A stretch of DNA of 23,334 nucleotides from Candidatus Rifleibacteriota bacterium (GTDB lineage: Bacteria > Muiribacteriota > Ozemobacteria > Ozemobacterales > Ozemobacteraceae): the NCBI GenBank assembly GCA_051747585.1, contig JBNJGH010000050.1, positions 1 through 23,334 of the forward strand, in the 5' to 3' direction. The position numbers and the translations under genes were made by a program. Within the stretch, counting starts at the first letter, position 1. The number at the start of each line of letters is the position of its first letter. A model generated the notes under the pieces. The model was not told the origin of the DNA. It made no database searches and saw only the letters and a program-made list of their open reading frames with translations. This document shows, piece by piece, positions 8,779 to 16,925 of the stretch.

Positions 8779-10395
8779 ATGAAAAGGACAATAGTTGTTT
8801 TTATTACAGGATTTTTGCTTGTTACTTCATTTGCGCATGCTTCTGAAGTGTTTTTAATGTTGGTAAACAAGAATAAGGGAAAAGTTTACCGCATGAAGAC
8901 CGACAATCAAGTTAGAAGACCACTGGGATACTTTTTTGCTTGTGATGCCGCCGATGATTTTTACATCGATAATTTTAAAGATTTTAGAATGCTTCGTTGC
9001 GAACAGACAGAATTTTCTAACAAGTGTGAAAGTTCAATATTCAGACAAGTAAATGACTCAGAGATTAAAAATAAAAAACTCCTTATTCATAATGATCAAA
9101 GAAACCAGCTTATTGAAGGGAGTCTGGCTATGCCGGTTTTCTGTCATAGAAGTTATCCTCTGGGCGCGGGTCCGGGAGTTCCGGTAAAAGCTGAGATTGC
9201 ACTCAATTCAATTGCCGAAAACATTTTGCAAACAATAGATAATAAACAATGGTATCGCATACCCAATGGATCCTGGTACAGAACCTGGTTAAAACCCCAA
9301 CATAATGAGGACGGTTACTTAGTTTATTATGACGAATGGCGAGAACAGCCGCTGGAAATAAAAGAAAGTTTCTGGAGAGGAGAATTTCCGGGTAAAGCTG
9401 TTGAGAGAGGAGTATTTGAACTATCTTCAAAGTCGCTTTTCAGAATTGCTGTGAACGAAAACCTGCAAATTAACCCTCAATTTCCTTCCAAGTTTACTGT
9501 TGCCAGGACAAATGAGAGATTTTCAAGCTTTTTCAAGCCCGGTAAGAACCTGAATAAAGGTGAGTTACTTCTATATTCATGGGAAAAGAATGAGCCGGGT
9601 AAATTTGAAGTTATTGGTAGTGACGACAACTTTAGCAAAGCGTTTGAATCAATATCATCTCATAAAAGATTTGCTGCAATAGGACATAAAAAAATATTTG
9701 TTATTGGTAGTGATATTCTTAAAAAGTGGCTTTATGAAGCTGGTATCGACAACGAAAAAGCAGAGAGTACACTCGCCTGTTTCAAAGAAGGAGCAGATGG
9801 AAAATCTGTTCTGGTTGCAGTCTATTCAGAGCCGGATTCAACTCTTTTCAAATTTAGATACAATGAAGAACTAAATGTCCTGGACCCGAATGTGGTCAGT
9901 ATCAAATTAGATTTAAAACCCGATGCAATATCTTTTGACAAGAATGCAAACCTGCTGGTTGCAGCAGTAGAAGAGAATGAAGTTGAATTTTTCAAGAATG
10001 TTCAGCCCGGGTACGAAGTTGAAACCACCTATTTTAATTCGGAAGTGCCTCTGGGAAAATTTTCAGAAGAAAAGAATGCCTATGTGGACGTTAATATTCC
10101 TGAAGCGCTGGATGGTGGTTTTATCTTTTCTCAGGGCTATCATGAAAATCTTTACCTTGTTGACAAAAATACTTCCAAATTTTCACTTTTGCACTCGATT
10201 AATTTAAAGAAAAATTATTTTTGTCGCGAATTTACTTTGTATAACGCTTCAGAGAAAGTTCTAGGTATGGATTATGAAGAACTTATGAAAGTTGCCCGAA
10301 AATCGGGAAACTATCTTAGTGAAATAAAGACAGAGGTTCCCGATTTTCCTGATCAGTTTAAAAAACCCGAGAAAGTTTTTATTGCAACTTTCTAA
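8779..10395 (+). CDS. Hypothetical exported protein
   Basis: 538-aa ORF with RBS GAGGGG and a Sec-type signal peptide (MKR, hydrophobic core, AHA/SE). A possible extended -10 TGATATTAT lies at 8736-8744. No family recognised. Confidence 0.75.
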   Translation: MKRTIVVFITGFLLVTSFAHASEVFLMLVNKNKGKVYRMKTDNQVRRPLGYFFACDAADDFYIDNFKDFRMLRCEQTEFSNKCESSIFRQVNDSEIKNKKLLIHNDQRNQLIEGSLAMPVFCHRSYPLGAGPGVPVKAEIALNSIAENILQTIDNKQWYRIPNGSWYRTWLKPQHNEDGYLVYYDEWREQPLEIKESFWRGEFPGKAVERGVFELSSKSLFRIAVNENLQINPQFPSKFTVARTNERFSSFFKPGKNLNKGELLLYSWEKNEPGKFEVIGSDDNFSKAFESISSHKRFAAIGHKKIFVIGSDILKKWLYEAGIDNEKAESTLACFKEGADGKSVLVAVYSEPDSTLFKFRYNEELNVLDPNVVSIKLDLKPDAISFDKNANLLVAAVEENEVEFFKNVQPGYEVETTYFNSEVPLGKFSEEKNAYVDVNIPEALDGGFIFSQGYHENLYLVDKNTSKFSLLHSINLKKNYFCREFTLYNASEKVLGMDYEELMKVARKSGNYLSEIKTEVPDFPDQFKKPEKVFIATF

Positions 10396-10397
10396 AA

Positions 10398-10889
10398 CTA
10401 ACTTAGCTCTTGAATCATTTGCTCCAGCTCTTCGTCTTCAAAAGGTATATCCTGGGCTTCTCTAATCATAAAAACAAGTTTTTTTAGTTCAAGATCGGAG
10501 ATATCACCTTTTTCAACTGAACTGTTTTTCGCTGCTTCTTCTTGTAGAAGCTTCTTTATGAATTTTTCTCTTGTTTTTTGATCGGTAATAGCCTGATAGA
10601 TTTTTTCTGCCAGGACATTAGGATCTACCAATTTATAGGTGCCGTTCTGCACCTGTTTCGTAATCTCCTGCAATCGCTGCATTCGATTCACTTGCTGTTG
10701 TTGAATAATCTTGAGATTATTCTGTGCCGGATTCAAACGGGCGGTATTTGCTCCCGCTTTTTCACTTCCGGAGCTTTTGTTTTTTAAGGTTTTATCAAAA
10801 GAATCGGTTTTATTGCCGGTTTTTTCTTTTCCCTTTGGTTTAGTTGTTATTATTATTCTTTTTCCAGGTCCCTTGATGGAATCAACCAT
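10398..10889 (-). CDS. flgM: FlgM-like anti-sigma-28 factor with C-terminal extension
   Basis: Low-complexity K/S/T-rich N-half, then R69-MQRLQEITKQVQNGTYKLVDPNVLAEKI-97, which matches the FlgM C-terminal signature (R.ekv..lk..i..GtY.vd...iA.k). RBS AGGGAG and a sigma28-like promoter lie upstream. Confidence 0.68.
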   Translation of the reverse strand: MVDSIKGPGKRIIITTKPKGKEKTGNKTDSFDKTLKNKSSGSEKAGANTARLNPAQNNLKIIQQQQVNRMQRLQEITKQVQNGTYKLVDPNVLAEKIYQAITDQKTREKFIKKLLQEEAAKNSSVEKGDISDLELKKLVFMIREAQDIPFEDEELEQMIQELS

Positions 10890-10950
10890 TTTTCTTACTC
10901 CCTTGTAACTTCCATGTTAAAAAGGCATTTTTTCCCTAATCCCATTATTA

Positions 10951-10978
10951 CTATCGTCACTTTTGCTAAAAAAGTTTA
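10951..10978 (-). promoter_or_regulatory. Sigma28 (FliA/SigD)-like promoter for the FlgM-like gene
   Basis: The minus strand reads TAAA-CTTTTTTAGCAAAAGT(16 nt)-GACGATAG, versus consensus TAAA-N15/16-GCCGATAA, about 60 nt upstream of the start codon. Confidence 0.65.
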
Positions 10979-11070
10979 TGTTTGTGCCCAAAAAAATTAA
11001 AAAATTCTCCAGTTTTTTATTGATTCAGTCGATGTTTTCTATATAAAGACATCAAAACGGAGGCAGAATC

Positions 11071-12954
11071 TTGTATAAGAAAATATATGCAGCTGTTTTT
11101 ATCTATATACTGGTTGTTTCATCACTTTGTAGTGCATCGATCGGTAAGGTTAAAAACATATTTACTCAGGGTGAAAAGGCTTTTCAACAGCATAATTACA
11201 GCTTGGCATCCAAAAAATTTGCCCAGGCTGTTAAGCTTGATCCCGACAATCCGAGAACCAGGTTTCGTTATGGCCAGGTACTATTTTCGCTTAATAATTA
11301 TTCAGCTAGTTTAAAACAGTTTCAGAAGGTTCTGCTTAAATCGCCCAACAATATTAATGCCAGAATATTTTTATGTGAAAATATGCTGAGATTGCAAAAA
11401 GCCCAGGAAGCAAAAGCTCATCTTGAATGGATATTAAAAGTTCAACCCGGTCATCAAAAAGCTGAAAATTTGCTTGAACAGTTAGGCAATAATGATTTTT
11501 CGCCAAAATCGAATGATATAAGTAGCAGCGCTAAGTTTGAAAAAGAAGAAATTCCCTCTGGATTTCAGCCTTTGCCAGTTAAAGATGCAGATAATGCCAA
11601 AATAAATAAGAATACACAGGAAAGGGAAATGAAATCGGATTCATTAAGAAGAGAGAAAAAGTTGGCTGCAAGCGCTGATAATAAAACTCTGCCCCCTGAA
11701 GCTTATGAATCTGAAACATGGCAAATTGTCGATTTTTTGCAGCAGAGTTCAGAATCTTTCCTGGTTAACCTTGAATATGCACGCTATGCAATAGAAAAAG
11801 ACAGCCTTAAAGTTGCTTTAAAAAAGCTTAAAAAAGCCAACAAACTTGCGAAAAATTCCCAAAATACAAGAAAGTTTCTTGAGGTACAGATACTAACAGG
11901 AATGGTGCATATCTATAAAAAGGATTTTCCTGCATTTGGTCAGCAATTGATGAAACTCAAAAATATGTTGTCTGACGAATCTTATAAGTCATTTTTAAAC
12001 ATTTATAATCAGGCTAACGCTATAAGAGAAGAAGCAGAAAAGAACAGACTTGCCGCAGGAATTGCCATGGGAGCAGGGCACTATGCCGTTGCCGCGCGCT
12101 TGCTCCGGCAGGCGGTAGAATACAGGCCAGATGATATTCTTTTATTAAACCTGCTTGCCGAAGCTCAAATGCAAAACCTCGATTACAAAAGGGCAGAAAA
12201 TACTTTACAAAAAATTGCTCACATAAATCAAAAAAATTCTGAAGCTTATTTCAATCTTGCCAGGTTTTACCTTACAGCTGTTTATAAACCCGAAATGGCG
12301 AGAAAGTGTGCCGAATATGCCAAATCAATTAAATCTAATGACCCCAGATTGTCAGTTATTCTGGCTTTGCTCGATTATGCCGAAGGTAAAATCGAGACAG
12401 GTGTTGCCAGATTGGAACAATTGTTACCTCAACTTAAAGATAAAGGTTTTAAAGCTGTTTGTAATAGAATAATAAATGATGGTCGCTATGCCGACAGCAA
12501 AAGAGGTTCAGAACAGGTCGATTTTGCGCGAATTATGGCACTTCCCGGCGCCACACACGCATCAATTGACAGTTATGGTCTTGTTGCCGCAGATTCTCTT
12601 AAAAGAGGGTCTTTTTTTACTGCCATGAAATATTTTCTTAAAGCACGAGATCTGGCAGAAATAGGTCGAACCTATCTGGGGCTTTCTTCAGCATTATATA
12701 CCGGTGGCGAAAAAGAAGCTGCTGCCACAGCTGCCGGATTTGGCTTAAAAGCTTTAAATGACGAGCTGACAAAGACTCCAACACATCCCGGGGCAAATTT
12801 ATATCTGGCTCTATATTATTTTGAGCGCAACGAATTTACTCTGGCAGATAATGCAATTAAAAAAGGATTGACAGGAATGGGAGACAGAAGCACAAGAAAA
12901 CGTCTGACTTCTTTGCTCGATACCTTGAATAAGACTCTTAACAGAAAATTTTAA
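11071..12954 (+). CDS. Exported tetratricopeptide-repeat (TPR) protein
   Basis: TTG start with GGAGG RBS and an N-terminal hydrophobic signal. TPR-like helices (FAQAVKLDPDNPRTRFRYGQVLF, FQKVLLKSPNNINARIFL, NSEAYFNLARFYL, HPGANLYLALYYF) are separated by a charged linker. Possible promoter TTGATT-16-TATAAA at 11020-11047. Confidence 0.85.
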   Translation: MYKKIYAAVFIYILVVSSLCSASIGKVKNIFTQGEKAFQQHNYSLASKKFAQAVKLDPDNPRTRFRYGQVLFSLNNYSASLKQFQKVLLKSPNNINARIFLCENMLRLQKAQEAKAHLEWILKVQPGHQKAENLLEQLGNNDFSPKSNDISSSAKFEKEEIPSGFQPLPVKDADNAKINKNTQEREMKSDSLRREKKLAASADNKTLPPEAYESETWQIVDFLQQSSESFLVNLEYARYAIEKDSLKVALKKLKKANKLAKNSQNTRKFLEVQILTGMVHIYKKDFPAFGQQLMKLKNMLSDESYKSFLNIYNQANAIREEAEKNRLAAGIAMGAGHYAVAARLLRQAVEYRPDDILLLNLLAEAQMQNLDYKRAENTLQKIAHINQKNSEAYFNLARFYLTAVYKPEMARKCAEYAKSIKSNDPRLSVILALLDYAEGKIETGVARLEQLLPQLKDKGFKAVCNRIINDGRYADSKRGSEQVDFARIMALPGATHASIDSYGLVAADSLKRGSFFTAMKYFLKARDLAEIGRTYLGLSSALYTGGEKEAAATAAGFGLKALNDELTKTPTHPGANLYLALYYFERNEFTLADNAIKKGLTGMGDRSTRKRLTSLLDTLNKTLNRKF

Positions 12955-13041
12955 TAAAGTCCGTATGGTTTTACAGGAGGTGTACATCTTCTATTTCAGG
13001 ATGAAATAGGGAAATAAATTATAATCTGTTGCGTAAATGGG

Positions 13042-13071
13042 TTGCAATTTAATATTATTTCTCATTATAAT
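13042..13071 (+). promoter_or_regulatory. Putative sigma70 promoter of the receiver/HEAT-CheR unit
   Basis: TTGCAA (13042-13047), 18-nt spacer, perfect TATAAT (13066-13071). Confidence 0.5.
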
Positions 13072-13111
13072 CAGCTTTTAAGATTCCAGAATTTCCGGAG
13101 GATTCCTAACA

Positions 13112-13498
13112 ATGGCCAAAACAATATTAGTGGCTGAAGACTCCCTGATGTTGCGCAAAGTTGCCTGTTTCCCGCTTGAAAAAGCCGGTTACAAGGTGCT
13201 GGAAGCCAACAATGGTATCGAAGCCATTGAAGCAATGTCAAAGAATGAAGTCGACATAATCATTACCGACCTTAACATGCCTGGGATGGATGGATTTGAG
13301 TTAATTACCCAGGTTAAGGAAAACGAAAAGTTCAAACACATACCCATTATTATTTTAACCACCGAAGGTAAAAAAGAAATGGTTATGAAAGGATTGACAC
13401 TTGGTGCTAATTCTTTTCTTCAGAAACCCATTAAACCTGATTTAATGCTGCAGGAAGTCGAACGTCTTCTTGGTAAAGCATCTGGAAAGGGGAGCTGA
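13112..13498 (+). CDS. Single-domain response regulator, CheY-like
   Basis: Intact receiver residues E9-D10, phosphoacceptor D53 (TDLNMPGMDG), T83 and K105-P106, with no output domain. RBS GGAGG. Confidence 0.92.
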   Translation: MAKTILVAEDSLMLRKVACFPLEKAGYKVLEANNGIEAIEAMSKNEVDIIITDLNMPGMDGFELITQVKENEKFKHIPIIILTTEGKKEMVMKGLTLGANSFLQKPIKPDLMLQEVERLLGKASGKGS

Positions 13499-13500
13499 TT

Positions 13501-16500
13501 ATGACAAGTTCATCCGTATTACTTGAACAATTACAAAATTCAGATCCCGGACAGCGCAGAAAAGCAGTAAGAGAGCTGGCTAATTTTCCAGAAGACAAAG
13601 AAGTAATTCAGGCTCTTTGTCAGGCTTTGGGCGACCCTAACAAAGGCGTTCAAAATATTACCATTGACTCTCTCTCCAGAATGCGCCATGAAAATGTTGT
13701 TCATGGTCTTATACCTGTAGTTCGAAGCTCCGATTTAAACACAAGAAACTCTGGTATGTCTGTACTGCGCAATCTGGGGCCAATGACCATATCGCCCTTG
13801 ATCGAGACAGTTAAAGAAGCAAAGGATGTTGATGAAATCATTCAGATTCTGGTTATTCTTGGTGACATAGGCTCTCCATTGGCAACCGGCACTGTTATAA
13901 GCTTCATCGATCATGAGGATGACAATGTTAAGACTACAGCGGTTGAATCTCTTGGTAAGATTCAAGATCCGGAAGCAGTAGATGTTCTTATTGAAACCTA
14001 TAAAAATACTGACATTCTCAAATATTCCATAGTTGAGGCTCTTGGTAACATCGCAGTTGAAAGCGCTATGCCAATACTTCTCGGCGCTCTGGAATCTGAA
14101 GATATTCTTGAGTATTTTACCGGCATAGGTGCTCTTGGCTCCATGGAAAGCCCCGAAGGCATAGATCCTCTTTTTAAAAAGCTGCAAAAAGAAGATGACA
14201 GCGGAACTCGAAGATTGATTCTAAAATCGCTGGCGCAGATCGAAGAAGCCAACCCGGGAAGTCTCAAGAAGATTGATAAAGATACTTTAAGACCTATTTT
14301 GACTAGTTTACTTGAAAACCAGGATGCTGCAGAATATCGCTTTATGGTAAAAGTAGCCGCTTCTGTTGAAGATGAGGCTTATACCGAAGCTTTGATCGCT
14401 GCGTTACAATCATCCGAATATGAAATTGTCGAAATTGCTTTTTCCGGTTTGCAGAATCTTGGCAAAAAAGCCGTTAAGCCTGCCCTTGATAAAATTGGCA
14501 GAGTTGAGCCACCAGTAGCTGTTAAACTTCTCGAATTCCTGGCTCAGCACCCAAGCAGCGAAATACCTGCAGCGGTTTCTCTTTTTGCTCAGAATCCGGA
14601 AGACAGTTTGCGTCAGGCTCTGGCAAAAACTCTCGGAGCAAACCCGTCAGATACTTCATTCAATACTTTGAAAGATTTATTGAATGATCCTGATGAAACC
14701 GTAAGAAAATTTGCGGTAATGAGCATCTCGAGTATGCTCGACTATGATGGAGCATTAACCGCTCTCATCAGTAAGTTTAAAGACATTAACGGTCACGTTA
14801 GAAGAGAAGCTGCTCTGGCTCTGGGTAACTCCAATTCAAGCCAGCTGGTTGAACCGCTTTTTAATGTTATTACCACTGAACCCTATGGCGATGTCAGAGA
14901 AGCAGCAGCTTCGGTTCTGGCACGACGCAAAGATCCCGAAATTACCAAAAGACTGCTTGAACTTCTTGACAGCGACAATTCAAGAATTCGCGAAACTATT
15001 TCACGCACTATCTGGCAATGTGGTTCAACTCACGCGGTTGATTCTCTTATTCAGAAATTGAATGACAAAGAATGGCGTGTAGTAGTTAATTCCTGTAAGT
15101 CACTTGAAAAGGTTAAAGACCTTAAGTCTATTTTCCCGCTTAAAGAACTGCTTAAAAATGGTGACTGGCAGATTAGAATTTCAGCTCTTTCAGCTCTTAG
15201 AGCATTTCAGAGCAAAGAACTCAAACAGTTCTTTATTCCTCTGCTGGCAGACGAAAATGCACAGGTTGCCAAGCTGGCAGTAGTTGCTTTAAGTGAGCTT
15301 GGTGATAAATCTCTGGATAAAGATTTCCAGAAATATATTGACCACTCTCGCTGGGAAGTCAGATATCAAATCGTTAAAGCACTCGGAAGTATCAAAAGCC
15401 AGTCCAGCGTAAAAACTCTTATCAATCTGGTTGACACAGATAAAAACAATGCTGTGCGTTCCAGAGCAATTCTTACACTGGCAAAAATTGGCGATAAAAG
15501 CGCTTGTGATACTATCTTAAAAGTGCTTGACAGCGAAGATCAGAACCTGGTTGTAGCCGGTATCAAATTCTTCTGCGACTCTGGTAACACTGACTATGAC
15601 AATCTTGAAGAAAAAATTGAAGACATATTCCTTAAGCGTCCCTGGGTTAAAGATTATTTTATTCAAACTTTTGCTCAGAACAAGTCTGCATTTTTGGAAA
15701 AAGTGCTTAAATCAGTTATCGCCCCAAGACAGGCCAGATATATCGATAGAACCAGAGATATCAAAGTCGAAGATACCGGAATTAATCCTGAAGAAGCTTT
15801 GCTTCTCAGAGATATAATTTCTAATCTGTGCGGTATTGAAATTAACGATAAAAAACAGCTCGAACAAAAATTGAGTAAAAATCTCGGACGTTTCTTCATC
15901 ACCTCATGGATAGAATATTATCATGCTCTGAGATATGGTGCGGTTGAAGGCGATGACCTGCTTATAAGTCTTTATGACTCTATAACTGATCCTTCCACCG
16001 AATTCTTTGGCGAAGCCGAACAGAGTCAGGTGCTTGTTTCTACAATCATTCCGGGACTCATCGAAGAAAGAGCCAAAGAAAACGTCGATGAGATCAAGGT
16101 TCTTTGTTGCGGTTCATCTTTTGGTCCCGAGGCTTTCTCTGTGGCAATGAGTGTTCTCGAAGAAGTTCATTCAGATAAAGCAAGAGTAACCGTAACAGGT
16201 ATAGATATTTCTCATATCTGTCTTAATACCGCTAAAAGAGCAATATACAAAAGAGAAATGTTCAGACAGGTAGACCAGAAATACATCGACCTTTATTTTG
16301 AAGATGATCGCGGTGATCTCAGAGTTAAAGATGAAGTCAAGAACCTGGTAGAATTCAAGTTTACCAATACGGTAAACTCTGAAGCCATGGAGCAATTAGG
16401 TGAGTTTGATGTGGTAATCTGCCGAAATGTCTTTTCCAGATTCTCGCATAGGGCTAAAGAAAAGATGGCCGAAAATATTTACAACATTCTAACTCCCGGT

Positions 16501-16599
16501 GGAGTTCTGCTCATTGGTGGTTCAGAAACTCTGTATAATGTAACCAAAGCTTTCAGATTACAGACCTTCGACAAGGTTGTCGCTTACAAAAAGCTTTAA
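13501..16599 (+). CDS. HEAT/PBS-lyase-repeat protein fused to a C-terminal CheR-type methyltransferase domain
   Basis: About 700 aa of HEAT-like repeats (LNDPDETVRKFAV, DINGHVRREAALALG, DKEWRVVVNSCKSL, SRWEVRYQIVKALG). From about aa 760 a CheR-like domain follows: TEFFGE, CCGSSFGPEAFSVAM, GIDIS...AKRAIY, FDVVICRNVF, LTPGGVLLIGGSETL. Confidence 0.85.
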   Translation: MTSSSVLLEQLQNSDPGQRRKAVRELANFPEDKEVIQALCQALGDPNKGVQNITIDSLSRMRHENVVHGLIPVVRSSDLNTRNSGMSVLRNLGPMTISPLIETVKEAKDVDEIIQILVILGDIGSPLATGTVISFIDHEDDNVKTTAVESLGKIQDPEAVDVLIETYKNTDILKYSIVEALGNIAVESAMPILLGALESEDILEYFTGIGALGSMESPEGIDPLFKKLQKEDDSGTRRLILKSLAQIEEANPGSLKKIDKDTLRPILTSLLENQDAAEYRFMVKVAASVEDEAYTEALIAALQSSEYEIVEIAFSGLQNLGKKAVKPALDKIGRVEPPVAVKLLEFLAQHPSSEIPAAVSLFAQNPEDSLRQALAKTLGANPSDTSFNTLKDLLNDPDETVRKFAVMSISSMLDYDGALTALISKFKDINGHVRREAALALGNSNSSQLVEPLFNVITTEPYGDVREAAASVLARRKDPEITKRLLELLDSDNSRIRETISRTIWQCGSTHAVDSLIQKLNDKEWRVVVNSCKSLEKVKDLKSIFPLKELLKNGDWQIRISALSALRAFQSKELKQFFIPLLADENAQVAKLAVVALSELGDKSLDKDFQKYIDHSRWEVRYQIVKALGSIKSQSSVKTLINLVDTDKNNAVRSRAILTLAKIGDKSACDTILKVLDSEDQNLVVAGIKFFCDSGNTDYDNLEEKIEDIFLKRPWVKDYFIQTFAQNKSAFLEKVLKSVIAPRQARYIDRTRDIKVEDTGINPEEALLLRDIISNLCGIEINDKKQLEQKLSKNLGRFFITSWIEYYHALRYGAVEGDDLLISLYDSITDPSTEFFGEAEQSQVLVSTIIPGLIEERAKENVDEIKVLCCGSSFGPEAFSVAMSVLEEVHSDKARVTVTGIDISHICLNTAKRAIYKREMFRQVDQKYIDLYFEDDRGDLRVKDEVKNLVEFKFTNTVNSEAMEQLGEFDVVICRNVFSRFSHRAKEKMAENIYNILTPGGVLLIGGSETLYNVTKAFRLQTFDKVVAYKKL

Positions 16600-16610
16600 A
16601 TAAATCCTTT

Positions 16611-16647
16611 AAAAAGGGGCTGGCCATAAACGGCCGGCCCCTTTTTT
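16611..16647 (+). terminator. Intrinsic (potentially bidirectional) terminator
   Basis: AAAAAGGGGCTGGCC-ATAAAC-GGCCGGCCCCTTTTTT, starting 11 nt after the HEAT-CheR stop. Confidence 0.88.
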
Positions 16648-16682
16648 GTTTTCTTATAAATAAAAGTGTTAAAAGATTAAAA

Positions 16683-16810
16683 ATTGCTTCTTCGTGATGC
16701 TCGTCGCAATGACCAAAAACCATTTCCGGGTCTCTTCGACCCGGGCGACTCGCAATAGCGAGTCATTGCGAGGAGTTCTGCGAAGCAGAACAACGAAGGA
16801 ATCTGAGATT
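16683..16810. repeat. GC-rich palindromic REP/RPE-like element
   Basis: ATTGCTTC...TCGCAATGAC (16683-16713) and its inverted counterpart GTCATTGCGAGGAG...ACGAAGGAATCT (16762-16804), plus three internal hairpins. It resembles the widespread GTCATTGCGAG...GCAATC intergenic repeats. Confidence 0.65.
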
Positions 16811-16925
16811 CTTGACACTGTTTCTAAAAACAAATAAAGAATTACTTCAAACTTTGCTGCGGTGCTTCTATTTAAAAGCTTTTTCTGCTATTATTATGCA
16901 CAAATAATTTGAGGGAGAGTTTTAG

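Noticed and set aside
10298..10348. 12-bp inverted repeat GAAAATCGGGAA / TTCCCGATTTTC near the end of the 8779 gene
   Set aside because: It has a 27-nt loop, lies inside a CDS and has no U-tract on either strand; this is insufficient for a terminator call.
12975..13010. Perfect SD-like AGGAGGTG and small hairpin CTATTTCA-GGA-TGAAATAG between the TPR and receiver genes
   Set aside because: No start codon at a usable spacing. The hairpin is weak and lacks a U-tract, so neither a small ORF nor a terminator can be supported.
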